A stretch of 64,000 nucleotides of DNA from positions 97,154,001 to 97,218,000 of the forward strand of contig NC_042997.1 of the NCBI RefSeq assembly GCF_006345805.1. Direction: 5' to 3'. A program made the position numbers and the translations under genes. This DNA is from Octopus sinensis (lineage: Eukaryota). The notes beneath the pieces were generated by a model. That model was not told the origin of the DNA. It saw only the letters and a program-made list of their open reading frames with translations, and did not search any database. Positions within the stretch are counted from its first letter, which is position 1. Every line of letters begins with the position of its first letter. Positions 39,801 to 51,982 of this stretch are shown one piece after another.

Positions 39801-42800
39801 AATTTACTGTCATGTTCATCCAGAGATAGTTTCTCATATGGACATGCTGTGTTTAAAAAGCAATATATATCAGGGGCAGATGCAAATCATCCTAGAAGTG
39901 GCTGATGAGAATGTTGAATGTATTTCTGCCTCATTGGGTATTGCCAATGTCATGTACTCATAAAGAGCCACATGCCTAGACAAACTCTGTCACCATCAAT
40001 ATAGAAAAACAGTGAATAAACACTCACAGGTGTTGTAAATAATTGTCCAGCTGGATAAAATACATTATATCTAACAGAACTAATATTAGACTAAAATAGC
40101 TATATGTGTATTATACTTAATGTGAATACTTCAGAAGAGACAAATTTTAATTATTTTACTTATTAGCTTGAGTTAGTTTAATCAATTCAACATACAGAGC
40201 TGAGGCCAATTCTTTCAGAGAAAGAAAGGCTACTAGTAATTGTCAAATTTCCATTTCTACCCAGAGAAGATTTCTATATTCTCAGCTTAATGCTACAGAA
40301 GCCCATGTTGGACACTGGTTCTGAGGAGACTTGTGTAATAGAAAAATTACAACATCAATTAACTTAAATGTCAACTAAGGACAAATAAACTATTTATGAT
40401 TTTAAAATTATTTTTACTTTTGGAATAAATTCTTGTATGCTAAAGGTACTACTGTGCTTTGTCTCTAAATGTCCCACACATCCCTTCTCTTCAGACAGAT
40501 GTAATGGCTTGCTTTCTCAACAGCTTCTGACAATTTTTTGGTAACACATTTTCTCTCCTTTATGGCTTGTCCAAGGCTCCTGAACATCATTTTTTCTTTT
40601 CTATTTAAGAATTATTGATAAAATAACAATAAAACTAAACTTTCAAGCTTCAGAAGTTTGAGACCTCAAACAGCTTGTCAACCAATCAGATCAGGCAATG
40701 AAAGTGGTAAGAAGAGTGACACCTAATTGCTTGTTATTTTGATGTTGTTTAACCCTAACACATTCATGGTTGAGCAAACAGATGCTCAAAGGTATTCCAG
40801 CTGTGACAAAATTATTTGTGTTATATATTATATATAATAAAAGATTATCAAAACATGGAGCTAGCAAATTGTGCATAATGTTTAGTTCACAATTCATCAT
40901 TGGCTTCAATTAAACCAATCTTGCATCATGCCATCAACATGGTTCAACTGAAGTTGATGAAACAATTGTAAACCAAGCAACAAAAGCAACTTGCTAACTC
41001 CATACTTCAATATTATTTTATTATATATACTCTATGGATATTTTGTGGAGTTTTGGATTACTGGTACAGCAGCATCTGGGGAGACCTTCCCACTTTTCAA
41101 CTTTCAGATAGCCACCATTTGTGGAAGTACTTCATGATGTAAACACCTGGATTATACATACTAATTCACCTGTCTGTCTGTCTATATATATCCATCTACT
41201 TATCCATCGCTCTGTGTGTGTGTATGTGTGCGTGTGTAACTACTTTAATGCATTCTTCTCATTTTTGCTTCTTCTACAACTTCAGTATGAAAGAAATTTC
41301 GCTGCAATTTCTAACAAGTCAAATGATCATGTAAATGTTATCTTTTTCAATTATGGTTGGCTATTTAAGATAGTATAGTTGTACAATATTATTAAAATTT
41401 CTAATAATCATAAAACCAAGATGAATACTTGGAAATTTAGCCTAAAATTAAAACATTTGTAATAATATTCAACATGCTTAGAGCTCTGTCTTTGAAACTT
41501 ACAGACTATTAACTCCATATTTAAGGAGTTATTTTAATATATGTACTGATTTGTAATTAAGACCTAAAAAAGGAGAAATATTATATGAAAATAAATTCTG
41601 TAAATTTAGCTCAAGCTTCAACTAATACACATTAATTTCAAGACCTATATTTTTATCACGTTATGATCAAGTCATTCTTACCCTTGGTGAATGAACATGT
41701 ACGAAATATAACGCCATGCTTCTTTTCTATCATAAGGACTATATATCAAAGGACTGCAAATAGGGACACCTGTACTCCATGTAACTTCAATATCTTTTTT
41801 TTTCAGCTCAAGAACGTAATAAACAAATACAGCAATCTGCAAAAAAAAAAATAAATAAAATTGATATAATGAAGCAAAACTAAACCATAATCATCATCAT
41901 CATTTAATATCTGCTTTCCATGCTGGCATGGGTTGGACGGTTTGATAGGAGCTGGCTAGGTAGAAGACTGCACCAGGCTTTAGTGTCTGTTTTGGCATGG
42001 TTTTTACAGCTGGATCCCTTCCTAACACCAACCACCCAGTAGAGCAGACTGAGTGCTTTTTACGTGACAACAGCACAAGCAAAGTCTTATCTGCTGATCA
42101 TGATGGCATGGACTGGATGGAACTATTTACAGAAGTACTTTATGGCAGTCTGCTTTTCCTGATGCTTTTAGTTACTTCTTATGCTGCACTCGTTCTAAAA
42201 ACTAGGATACACAAAACTTGAAAATATGGAATAATTTATAGAGCTGTTGCATTTTTTTCTTTGCTCTTTTTTTTAGCATTGAAAATTGATAAAAATGAAT
42301 ATTTAAAGCCAAGTGGATAAGATATTGGACAACTTGTTGAAAGTATGCAAGTTCAAACCTGATATAGACACTACATTTGCTTCTATATACTGTGCAGCAC
42401 ATTATGCAACTGTATTCTACCATAGTCCTAGGCTGACCAAAGCCTTGTGAGAAGATTTTGTAAACAGAAACCAAAAGAAGCAATAAGTATTTTTAACTTC
42501 AACAAAGCTAAACAGTGAGTTATAAACAGTGAGGTTCATGTCTGTTAACAAAAATTTTTTTAAATGTTTAACCCTTTTGATACCAACCCGGCTGAAACCG
42601 GCTCTGGGTCTGTAGTACAAATGTCTTGTTTTCATAAATTTTGAATTAAAATATTCCACCAAACCTTAGTCATAATTTATGTTCCTAATACTAGCTTAAT
42701 GATAATCAAGTTATTTTACTAAATTCTTTGTTATATTTAAAGTAATTGAAAGAAACACAGAGCATTTCAAAATAAATACAGTAATGAAAGGGTTAAAGCT

Positions 42801-45800
42801 ATCAAAGACAGTAGTAGGGGTTGAAATGAGGTAAAATAATAGACTTCAACAATTAAATCATTCTCCTATATTTTCCATCATTATTATTATTATTATTATT
42901 TAAGGTGGCAAGCTGGCAGAATCATTAGCATGCTGGGCAAAATGCTTAGCAGTATCTCATCTGCCATTACATGCTGAGTTCAAATTCTGCTGAGGTCAAC
43001 TTTACCTTTCATCTTTCCGGGGTCAATAAAATTAGTACCAGTTATGCACTGAGGTCAATGTAATTGATTTAATTCCTTCCCCCAAATTTGAGGCCTTGTG
43101 TTTCCAGTAGAAAGGATTATTATTATTATTATATTTTTATTTAAGGTGGCAAGCTGGCAGAATCATTAGCATGCCAGGCAAAATGCTGCACAGGATTCTG
43201 TTCGTCATTACATTCTGAGTTCAAATTACGCCAAGGTCAACTTTGCCTTTCATCCTTTTAGGATCGATAAATTAAGTGCCAGTGAAACACTGGGGTCAAT
43301 GTAATCAACCAGACCCCTTCTTCAAATTTTCAGGTTTTGTACCTATAACAGAAAGGATTATTATTATTATTATTATTAAGGCAGCAAGCTGGCAGAATCA
43401 TTGGCACACCAGACATTATGCTTAGAAGCATTTTTTCCAGCTTCACATTATGAGTTAAAATTGTGCCAATGTCAGCTTTGCCTTTCGTCGTCTTCGGGTT
43501 GATAAAATAAAGTATTAGTTGAGCAGTGTGTTTGATATGATCTACTTATCTACTCCCATAAAATTGCTGGCCTAGTGTCTAGAGTTCATTTATTAGGAGA
43601 TTATAAGATTACACTTATGATAAAATTACATAAGACACACTTTGCCACCAATAAACCTCCTACTTGTGTTCACTGCTCACTGTATTCCCCTCTATTTCCT
43701 ACTCTCCTTTGTGAACCCACCTTGCAAAGCTGCTTGCATACTCTGGCCTTGTCATATCGCCTTCCCATAACATATCTTTCAAATGACTCTGCCCACTCAC
43801 TACATTACCTCTTCCCTCCATTTCCCACTCTCCTTTTGCAGACTTGTGAACGTACCCACCCACTCATCTTATCCAACCCCTGGTTCACTTCACTATATAC
43901 ACCTCCCTGTACTTTGGGTGTACATCCTCATTACATTTTCACTGTCTGCTCTCTCTCTCCAACTGAGGTACCACCTATACAGCAAGACTCCTATTTCTTA
44001 TTTCTTTACTGCCCACAAGGCGCTACACACAGGGGACAATCAAGGACAGACAAAGAGATTAAGTCGATTACATCAACCCCAGTGCATAACTGGAACTTAA
44101 TTTATCAACCTCAAAAGGATGAAAGGCAAAGTCAACCTTGGCTGAATTTGAACTCAGAACGTAACAGCAGATGAAATACCTATTTCTTTACTACCCACAA
44201 GGGGCTAAACACAGAGGGGACAAACAAGGACAGACAAATGGATCAAGTCGATTATATCGACCCCAGTGCATAACTGGTACTTATTTAATCGACCCCGAAA
44301 GGATGAAAAGCAAAGTCGACCTCGGCGGAATTTGAACTCAGAACATAACGGCAGACGAAATACAGCTACACATTTCACCCGGCGTGCTAACGTTTCTACC
44401 AGCTCACCAACTTCAAGACTCCTATTTCTGTCCCCCTCTCCATAGTCTTATTTCTCATCACCTGGTACAAAGTCCTCTCAATCCCACTCACCTTCAATTG
44501 AGGGGTCATTGCCTTGCATATTACCTGGTGACCTCAATGCTGCTGGTGACACATAAAAAGCATGTAGTACATTCTGTGAAGCAGTTGGCATTGGGAAAAG
44601 TATCCAGCCATACAAACCATGCCAAAGCAGACAGTGGAGCTTGACATGGCCTTCTAACTTGCCAGCTCCTGTCAAGCTGTCTGACCCATGCCAGCATGGA
44701 AAATGGACAGTAAGCAATTATGATGATGATAATGATGGAAATACATGTTACAAATTTATAGAACCCTATGATAGTTAAGCTATTTTTTTATTGACTTTGG
44801 CCACTTTTTATTGATTTGGTCACTTTTTTAATTAAAGTGTGACATTCATTGGATCTAATTTCAATAATTTTTCAGAGTAGAAATTGTCCAAGTTTTTTAG
44901 ATGATTAAAAAAGCCCTTCAATTATGAAATCACTTCATTTTCAATGTACAGTCTCAAAACAAGATGTTTCTCAGGCACATAAAACTCAATATTTGCATAT
45001 ATATTCTCATTCTCCCACAAAATTTGTTGAATGAAATCAAGATTGATTATTGGTAGTATTCAGTTTGTTCGTTTACAGCATAGGTAATGCCCAGTGGGTA
45101 TTGAGATGGTTTAGGTGGGCGCTGGTGCCTAAGGGGGAGGTAGATAAAAAGGAACCATTGGGAGGAAGGCAGTGAATTGGGGGATGCTACGAATTTATTA
45201 TAATAGTATTGTATACAAATTATATAATATTATATTAAATATTAAATTATTCATAATATATATAAATTAGTAAAATATAAAATATATATTTATCCATAAA
45301 AATAGGGGTAGGGGTGCTGAGGTTATTATGTGGACATGAGGGTGGCAGTGGCCCAAAAAGTTTGAGAACCTCTGGTTTACAGGAACAGGAACCATTCTAA
45401 TAAAAACTTACTATTCTAAAGTGGTGTACATTAAAACCTATCAAAATTTCATGTTAATTTATATTCCAAATGCCAGCTAAATAATAACGAAGTTATTTTA
45501 CTAAATTCTTGATTATTATCAAAATTAACTGAAACAAAGTCTGTGTTTCTTAACAGAAATATAAGGAAAGAGTTAAAGAAATGAATGTCAATCAGTAAAA
45601 GTGATTATAAGAAAATCAAGCTAAAGAAACAAGAAACCCATCAATCATCATAATTTAGTTGTCTTAATATAATTATCATTTTATTCAGCTTGGAAAAATA
45701 GCTAAGACAATGAATTAATGGATTTAATTTTGTCTTGTTCTATTTTTATTTTTTTTTCATCAGGAGAAAAGGGAAGTGTCATTGACCTTGACATGTTCCT

Positions 45801-48800
45801 CTGAGACTTATGAAATCAATACTTTTAACATTCGAGAGTTCAAGTAAGGTTGAAGTAGTTGGTGTTCAAATGTTATTGATGAGACTGGAGGTCTTGTTGC
45901 AGTTATTGTTGCAGTAACTGCTGTTGCCATTGATTATCTACTCTACTTTCTCAGTCAGCTCTCCTCAAACATACCAATGACACAACAGTAACAAAATAAA
46001 AAGAAAAAACAATATTTGATCAGCAGTCTTTAGTTTTAGTAAATTCAATTAGCAGATTTCAATTAGCAAATTTGTTAAATGTTTTGTGCTGTAGTTACAC
46101 AATTTTTATTTGTCAGCAGATTATCTTAAATTTTAAGAGACTTCAGTGACTTTAGTAAGTCATTATGCTATCTGTATTTAGCACCTGATCAAAGCACATA
46201 ACTGTCTGCTATTACTTGTCTGACCTACAAAAAACACGGTCTGCTCTGATTTAACAGTTGGATGTTTAAGAGTGGAAAGAGCATTCAGTTGTAAAAACAT
46301 CTGCCCCAGTAAGAAAAATACAAGTCATGCAAGCATGAAAAAATAGTAACTTATGAATTATATTTATTTTATAGATACACAACTCCACAGAGTTGTTTAA
46401 AATTTTTCAATTAAAAGCTAGGGTTAACAGACAAGTATGGAAAGCAATTATTGAGAAGTAGTAATATTGATAGAATTGATCATCTTTGGTAATTGGATAT
46501 TTCTGATCAGACAAAGTCACATGATTAATTAGATCACCTGATAATCACAATACCTTGCTCTATACACATCCCAAAACTTTGAAATAAAATGTGTGTGTGT
46601 GTCTAAGGTGGATGCTGAAAAGTTCCTGGCTTTGGGTAAAAGAAAATATAGGAGGATCAATTAATAATGATTTTATTCAACATATCCTCCTCTCAGATTC
46701 ACACACTTATTGCAGCAGTCATTCAGTTTTTTAAGCCCTATAAAAGAATTTGTAACGTTGCGCCTCCAACCAGGCCTTTCACAATACCCTTAAAGCCAGG
46801 GACTTTTTAACACCCACTAGCATTTGGTGGGGAATATTTCAAAGCAAAATATAGTGCTATAAATAATGGTATTTAAATATTATGTTGAAAAACCCTTTTG
46901 GATAGGAAGAGTCATACAGTCCACATCACCTGTAGACATGACAACCTTTGACAATTTCTATAGAAAAAGGATTTTGTAACACAAAACATGCTATTAGTTA
47001 TAGCTTTATGTGTCTACTTCAAGATATTCAAAAACAAAAAAATGATAAGTTCACATTTTCAAGAATATTTATGAACTTATTAGAGCATAAAAGCTCTCAA
47101 CAGCAAACTAAAGAGATTTATAACACACACACTCACATTATATATCATGGCTCAGTGGTTAGAGTATAGCACTCGCAATCAATCCCTGTGAGTTCAAATT
47201 CCTGACTGAGCTGTGTGTTGTGTTCTTGAGGAAGACACTTTATTTTATGTTGCTCCAGTTCACTCAGCTATAGAAATTAGTTGCAACATCACTGGTGCCA
47301 TGTTGCATCAGCCTTTGCTCTTCCCTTGGATAACACTGGTGGCATGGAGAGGGGAAGCTGGTATGCATGGGCAACTGATGGTCTTCCACAAGCAACCTTG
47401 CTTTGACTTGTGCCTCGGAGGGGAACTTTCTAGGTGCAATCCCATAGTCATTCATAACCGAAGGGGGTCTTTACCCTTTACCCCTTTAAACTACATTATT
47501 TACTTCATAGATAATAACCATTGTTACTGCTTCATAAATTTGTTATTAATCAACTTACCTCAGCCAGGGTGACAAGAAACATAAAAACTGGTGGCGGGCA
47601 ACAAGTGTAGTTCGCAAGGAAATCCTTTTGTTTCCGGATGGGAACAATGCTTACAATGGCTGCTTCCACAACACCACTAACTTTCACTTTATTTCGGGAA
47701 AGTAGTGCATCCTCACCAGCCATCTAGTACAAAATAAAAGCAGTGAAAATGTCAAACCAATGTAGAGTTTAATAGGATGAAAATTTAAGCAGAATAAAGT
47801 AAAAAATGTATATGTATGCATGTGCATGCATGTACATATAGAACAATGCATTGAATATCTATTATATAAAATCCATTTTATCTGTCTGTGTGTGTGTGTC
47901 TTCTAGGATCTCGGGCATCCTCCATCTGATTGCACTCAAATTTGATACGTAGATCCTGACGGTAACAGGGCATGTATAAGTCTTGAAAAAAATTACAAAA
48001 ATCGATTCCAGGTGAGAGTGCAATCAATAAAGCCGTGGGAACGTGCATTTGTATGTGCAAGTACATCAGCTGTTGTGATCGATACTATGCATACACAAGA
48101 AAAATGCACATGCAGTTTGCGCAAAAAAAGCCAGCTAGCTTGAAATAATGCCACAAAATGCAGTATATTTAAGAGACCAAAAAAGTAAGATGCAAAAGAG
48201 ATATTTTCTTCAAACTTGGCATGAAGGAAGGAAATACTATTTGGTTTTACTATTTAAACCATGTTTGAGTTCTCCCAGTCAACAGCCTTATCATTACTGG
48301 TACTTTAAACTCTTCGGTTGCATATTTGTGTGAATGAAGTCGTTTTTCTTTGGAATAGAAAAAAAGTCTATCTTTATTTCTTCTTTTGCTGGTGTCTCAA
48401 ATTTAGGTTAAATCAGTGTTTCTCAAAGGAGAGGCCTATGGGATGGTCAGACAAGTTGTTTTGAGAAAATTTGGTTTAAATGTTTGACAACTCAGCACCG
48501 TCCATTGGACGGGAGGCGTTTTGCTCATATAATTATATTTACATAAGCAAGCACAAATGTATACATGTACATTATGTAATATGTATGTTATGTGTGTGCA
48601 TATGTATGTGAGTGGTCAGGATATTCAGTTCACAATCATAAGATCAGGAGTTCAATTCCCGGCAGAGCATTGTGTCCTTGAGCAAGACACTTTATTCCAC
48701 TTTGCTCCAGTCCACTCAGCTGGTAAAAATGAGTTGTACCTGTAATTCAAAGGGCAAGCCTTATCACATTCTATGTCATGCTGAATCTCCCAAAGAATTA

Positions 48801-49412
48801 TGTTAAGGGTACATGTGTCTGTGGAGTGCTGAGTCACTTACAAGTTAATTTCATCAGTAGGCTGTTCTGTTGATTGGATCAACTGGAACACACATTGTTA
48901 TAACCAATGGAGTGTCAAATGCATGCACATATATGTATATATATTGTGTATGTGTGTGTGTGTGTGTATATATATATCTATCTATATATGTATGTATGTA
49001 TGTGTGTGTATATATCTATCTATATATATGTATGTATGTATGTGTGTGTATATATCTATCTATATATATGTATGTATGTATGTGTGTGTATATATCTATC
49101 TATATATATGTATGTATGTATGTGTGTGTATATATCTATCTATATATATGTATGTATGTGTGTGTATATATCTATCTATATATATGTATGTATGTGTGTG
49201 TATATATCTATCTATATATATGTATGTATGTATGTGTGTGTATATATCTATCTATATATATGTATGTATGTATGTATGTGTGTGTATATATCTATCTATA
49301 TATATGTATGTATGTATGTATGTGTGTGTATATATCTATCTATATGTATGTATGTATGTGTGTGTATATATCTATCTATATGTATGTATGTATGTGTGTG
49401 TATATATCTATC

Positions 49413-49444
<32 letters not shown>

Positions 49445-49500
49445 TGTATATTGTGTGTGTATGTGTGTGTGTATATATATTGTGTGTGTGTGTGTGTGTG

Positions 49501-49566
<66 letters not shown>

Positions 49567-51947
49567 AATCTTTAGTTAAATATATTCAATGAGAATACTA
49601 TATACTGAATTTATATTGAGTGCTCAATTGTATCAAAGTATTAATACTATTAAAGTATTTATGTATTTAATACGAGCGATTATATACATATATATTTTTT
49701 AATAATATATTATTATTAAAATTAGGAAATCAATATCAAAACTCCTCTGAATGATATACACGTGTAAAAAATAATTGTTGTATTAAAAATATCTAAATAA
49801 ATAAATATAAATATGTATAAAAATATATGTAAATATGTATAAGTATAAATATATAATGTATATGACAGTTTAAAAGTTTTGAATTAATTATTTAAAGCAT
49901 CTTACGATTGTTTCACAGAAGAGTTGCCCCTATAATGAAATCCTATATTGATAAGCATTTATCAACAATGCTTCTGCTCTTCAGAGATATGCAATTTGAA
50001 TTCTGTATAACATATCAAATGATAGTTTTTTTTAAATTTGAAGTAAAACTATAAAATGGTGTTTGTTTGAAAGATAAATTAAAAATTAAAAATTACTAAT
50101 TTTGATGAAAGTCTTTAAATCCATATATACTTCCTTGGTTATTCTTCTGCAATAATCCATAATATTCATATGTAAAATCCGTTATATTATGTTGTATTCC
50201 AAATGTAGTTCATATAGTTAGTTTAGAAATGTGAAATTTGTATATACTTTAGTATGAGACTCTTGAAATTCGTGTGTCTTCTTGGTAATTCCTCTGTAGC
50301 AATTCATAATACTTTTGTCTTGGTAATTCCTTCGTAGCAATCCATAATACTTTTGTATAAAATTCATTATATTATCCGGTAATCCAAATATAGTTCATAA
50401 TACAAAATCAAATTATATTTTTAATTATATGTGTAACTGTAAAAAAAATATTTCTAAACTAACTATATTAACTACATTACCTGAACTTCTTCGCATACAG
50501 TTATTTTGAAATGCTTGTCTTCTGATATTTGTGAGCCCATCAAATAAATATTCAACCCTATTAAATGTTGGCCTTCCTAAACATGAAATAATGATAGTTC
50601 CAGCCCTAAATAAATTTAACTTGTATTTTTAAATAAGTTCTTTAAGATAACATGAAATATTGAACTTCGGATAGAATAAAGTAAAATATAGCTGTGAATA
50701 AAAGGAGCATAGATTATGAATTTTGACTGAAGGGACAGGACCAGAAACAATAACAGTACCAGCAGGAACAGTACCAGATTATGAATTTTGATTGCCTTGA
50801 AATAAAAAGTTGCAGGGGGCCTCTAAATGTCATGTAGCAGCCCTGATGTCAGTGTGTGCAACTGTGTACATTCGAACATGTATATTTGAGTGTGTAGATC
50901 TAAGTGCATATACACAAACACATACATCTGAACCCATGTCTCTGTACATCTAGGTCAAGATGTGTAAGCCTGACTATGTACATTTTTGTATATACACTTG
51001 AGTATATGCCTAAATATGTATGCTCGAGTATGTAAGCCTGTGAGTGTATGTATGTGTGCATCAGAGAATGTATGCATGAAAACATACATCTTATTGCATA
51101 TACCTGTGTATGCTTCATGTGTATGCTTCACGTATGCTTGATGCTTATGCTGAAAATGCATGCCTGAATGTGTGTGCTTGAGTGTGTACACCAGAACAAA
51201 TACATTGGAATGTGTACAATTGAATACATGTCTGGTTGTGTATGGTATGTCTATGTGTATATACCTGAGTGTGTAAAAGCAAGCATGCATACATTTGCAT
51301 ATGCATGAATGTATGTAAGCACAGTTGTATTGTGTGTATACATTTCTTCATTTAATGATCAACAAACTTACCAAAGTTACAAATTCTTTATAATTTATGT
51401 AGGAATCTTTATTACTGTTGGCTTTTGCCAACATTTTATCAAACTGACGTTTTGGAACATGAGATGTTATGCCAGTGTTCAACATTTCCTCACGAAGATC
51501 CTTCAGGGGTATTCCTTGAGGACCATGCTGGAAATACAGGAAAAAATAAAAAAGGGTTAACATTAGTGTTTTTCTAACTTTTTAATTTTATTTTTTTTAC
51601 ATTGCAAACTGTGAAAAAAAAGTATTGTTGGCTGTACACCAAGCACCAATTCACTGCATTTCTGAATGTGAAAATAACACAGGATGGTTTATTACTGAAT
51701 ACAGAGCAAATATCTCAAAGAACTTTATTCATAAAAACTAGTTCTTCAGTTTCATTGCCAGAAGATATACACTTACACTTACATATTTTCATCTAGCATA
51801 GATATATGTACATGTGCATATAATAATAATAATAATAATAATAATGATAATAATAATAATAATAATAATGATGACAATAATAATAATAATAATGATGACA
51901 ATAATAATAATAATAATAATAATAACAATAATAATAATAATAACAAC

Positions 51948-51982
<35 letters not shown>

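Noticed and set aside
48870-49592. Three overlapping 214-240-aa ORFs (CVYIYL repeats)
   Set aside because: Microsatellite translation, open in all three frames.
49570-50720. Very AT-rich stretch considered as a NUMT or decayed LINE
   Set aside because: I recognised no mitochondrial gene or RT motif by eye; left unclassified.
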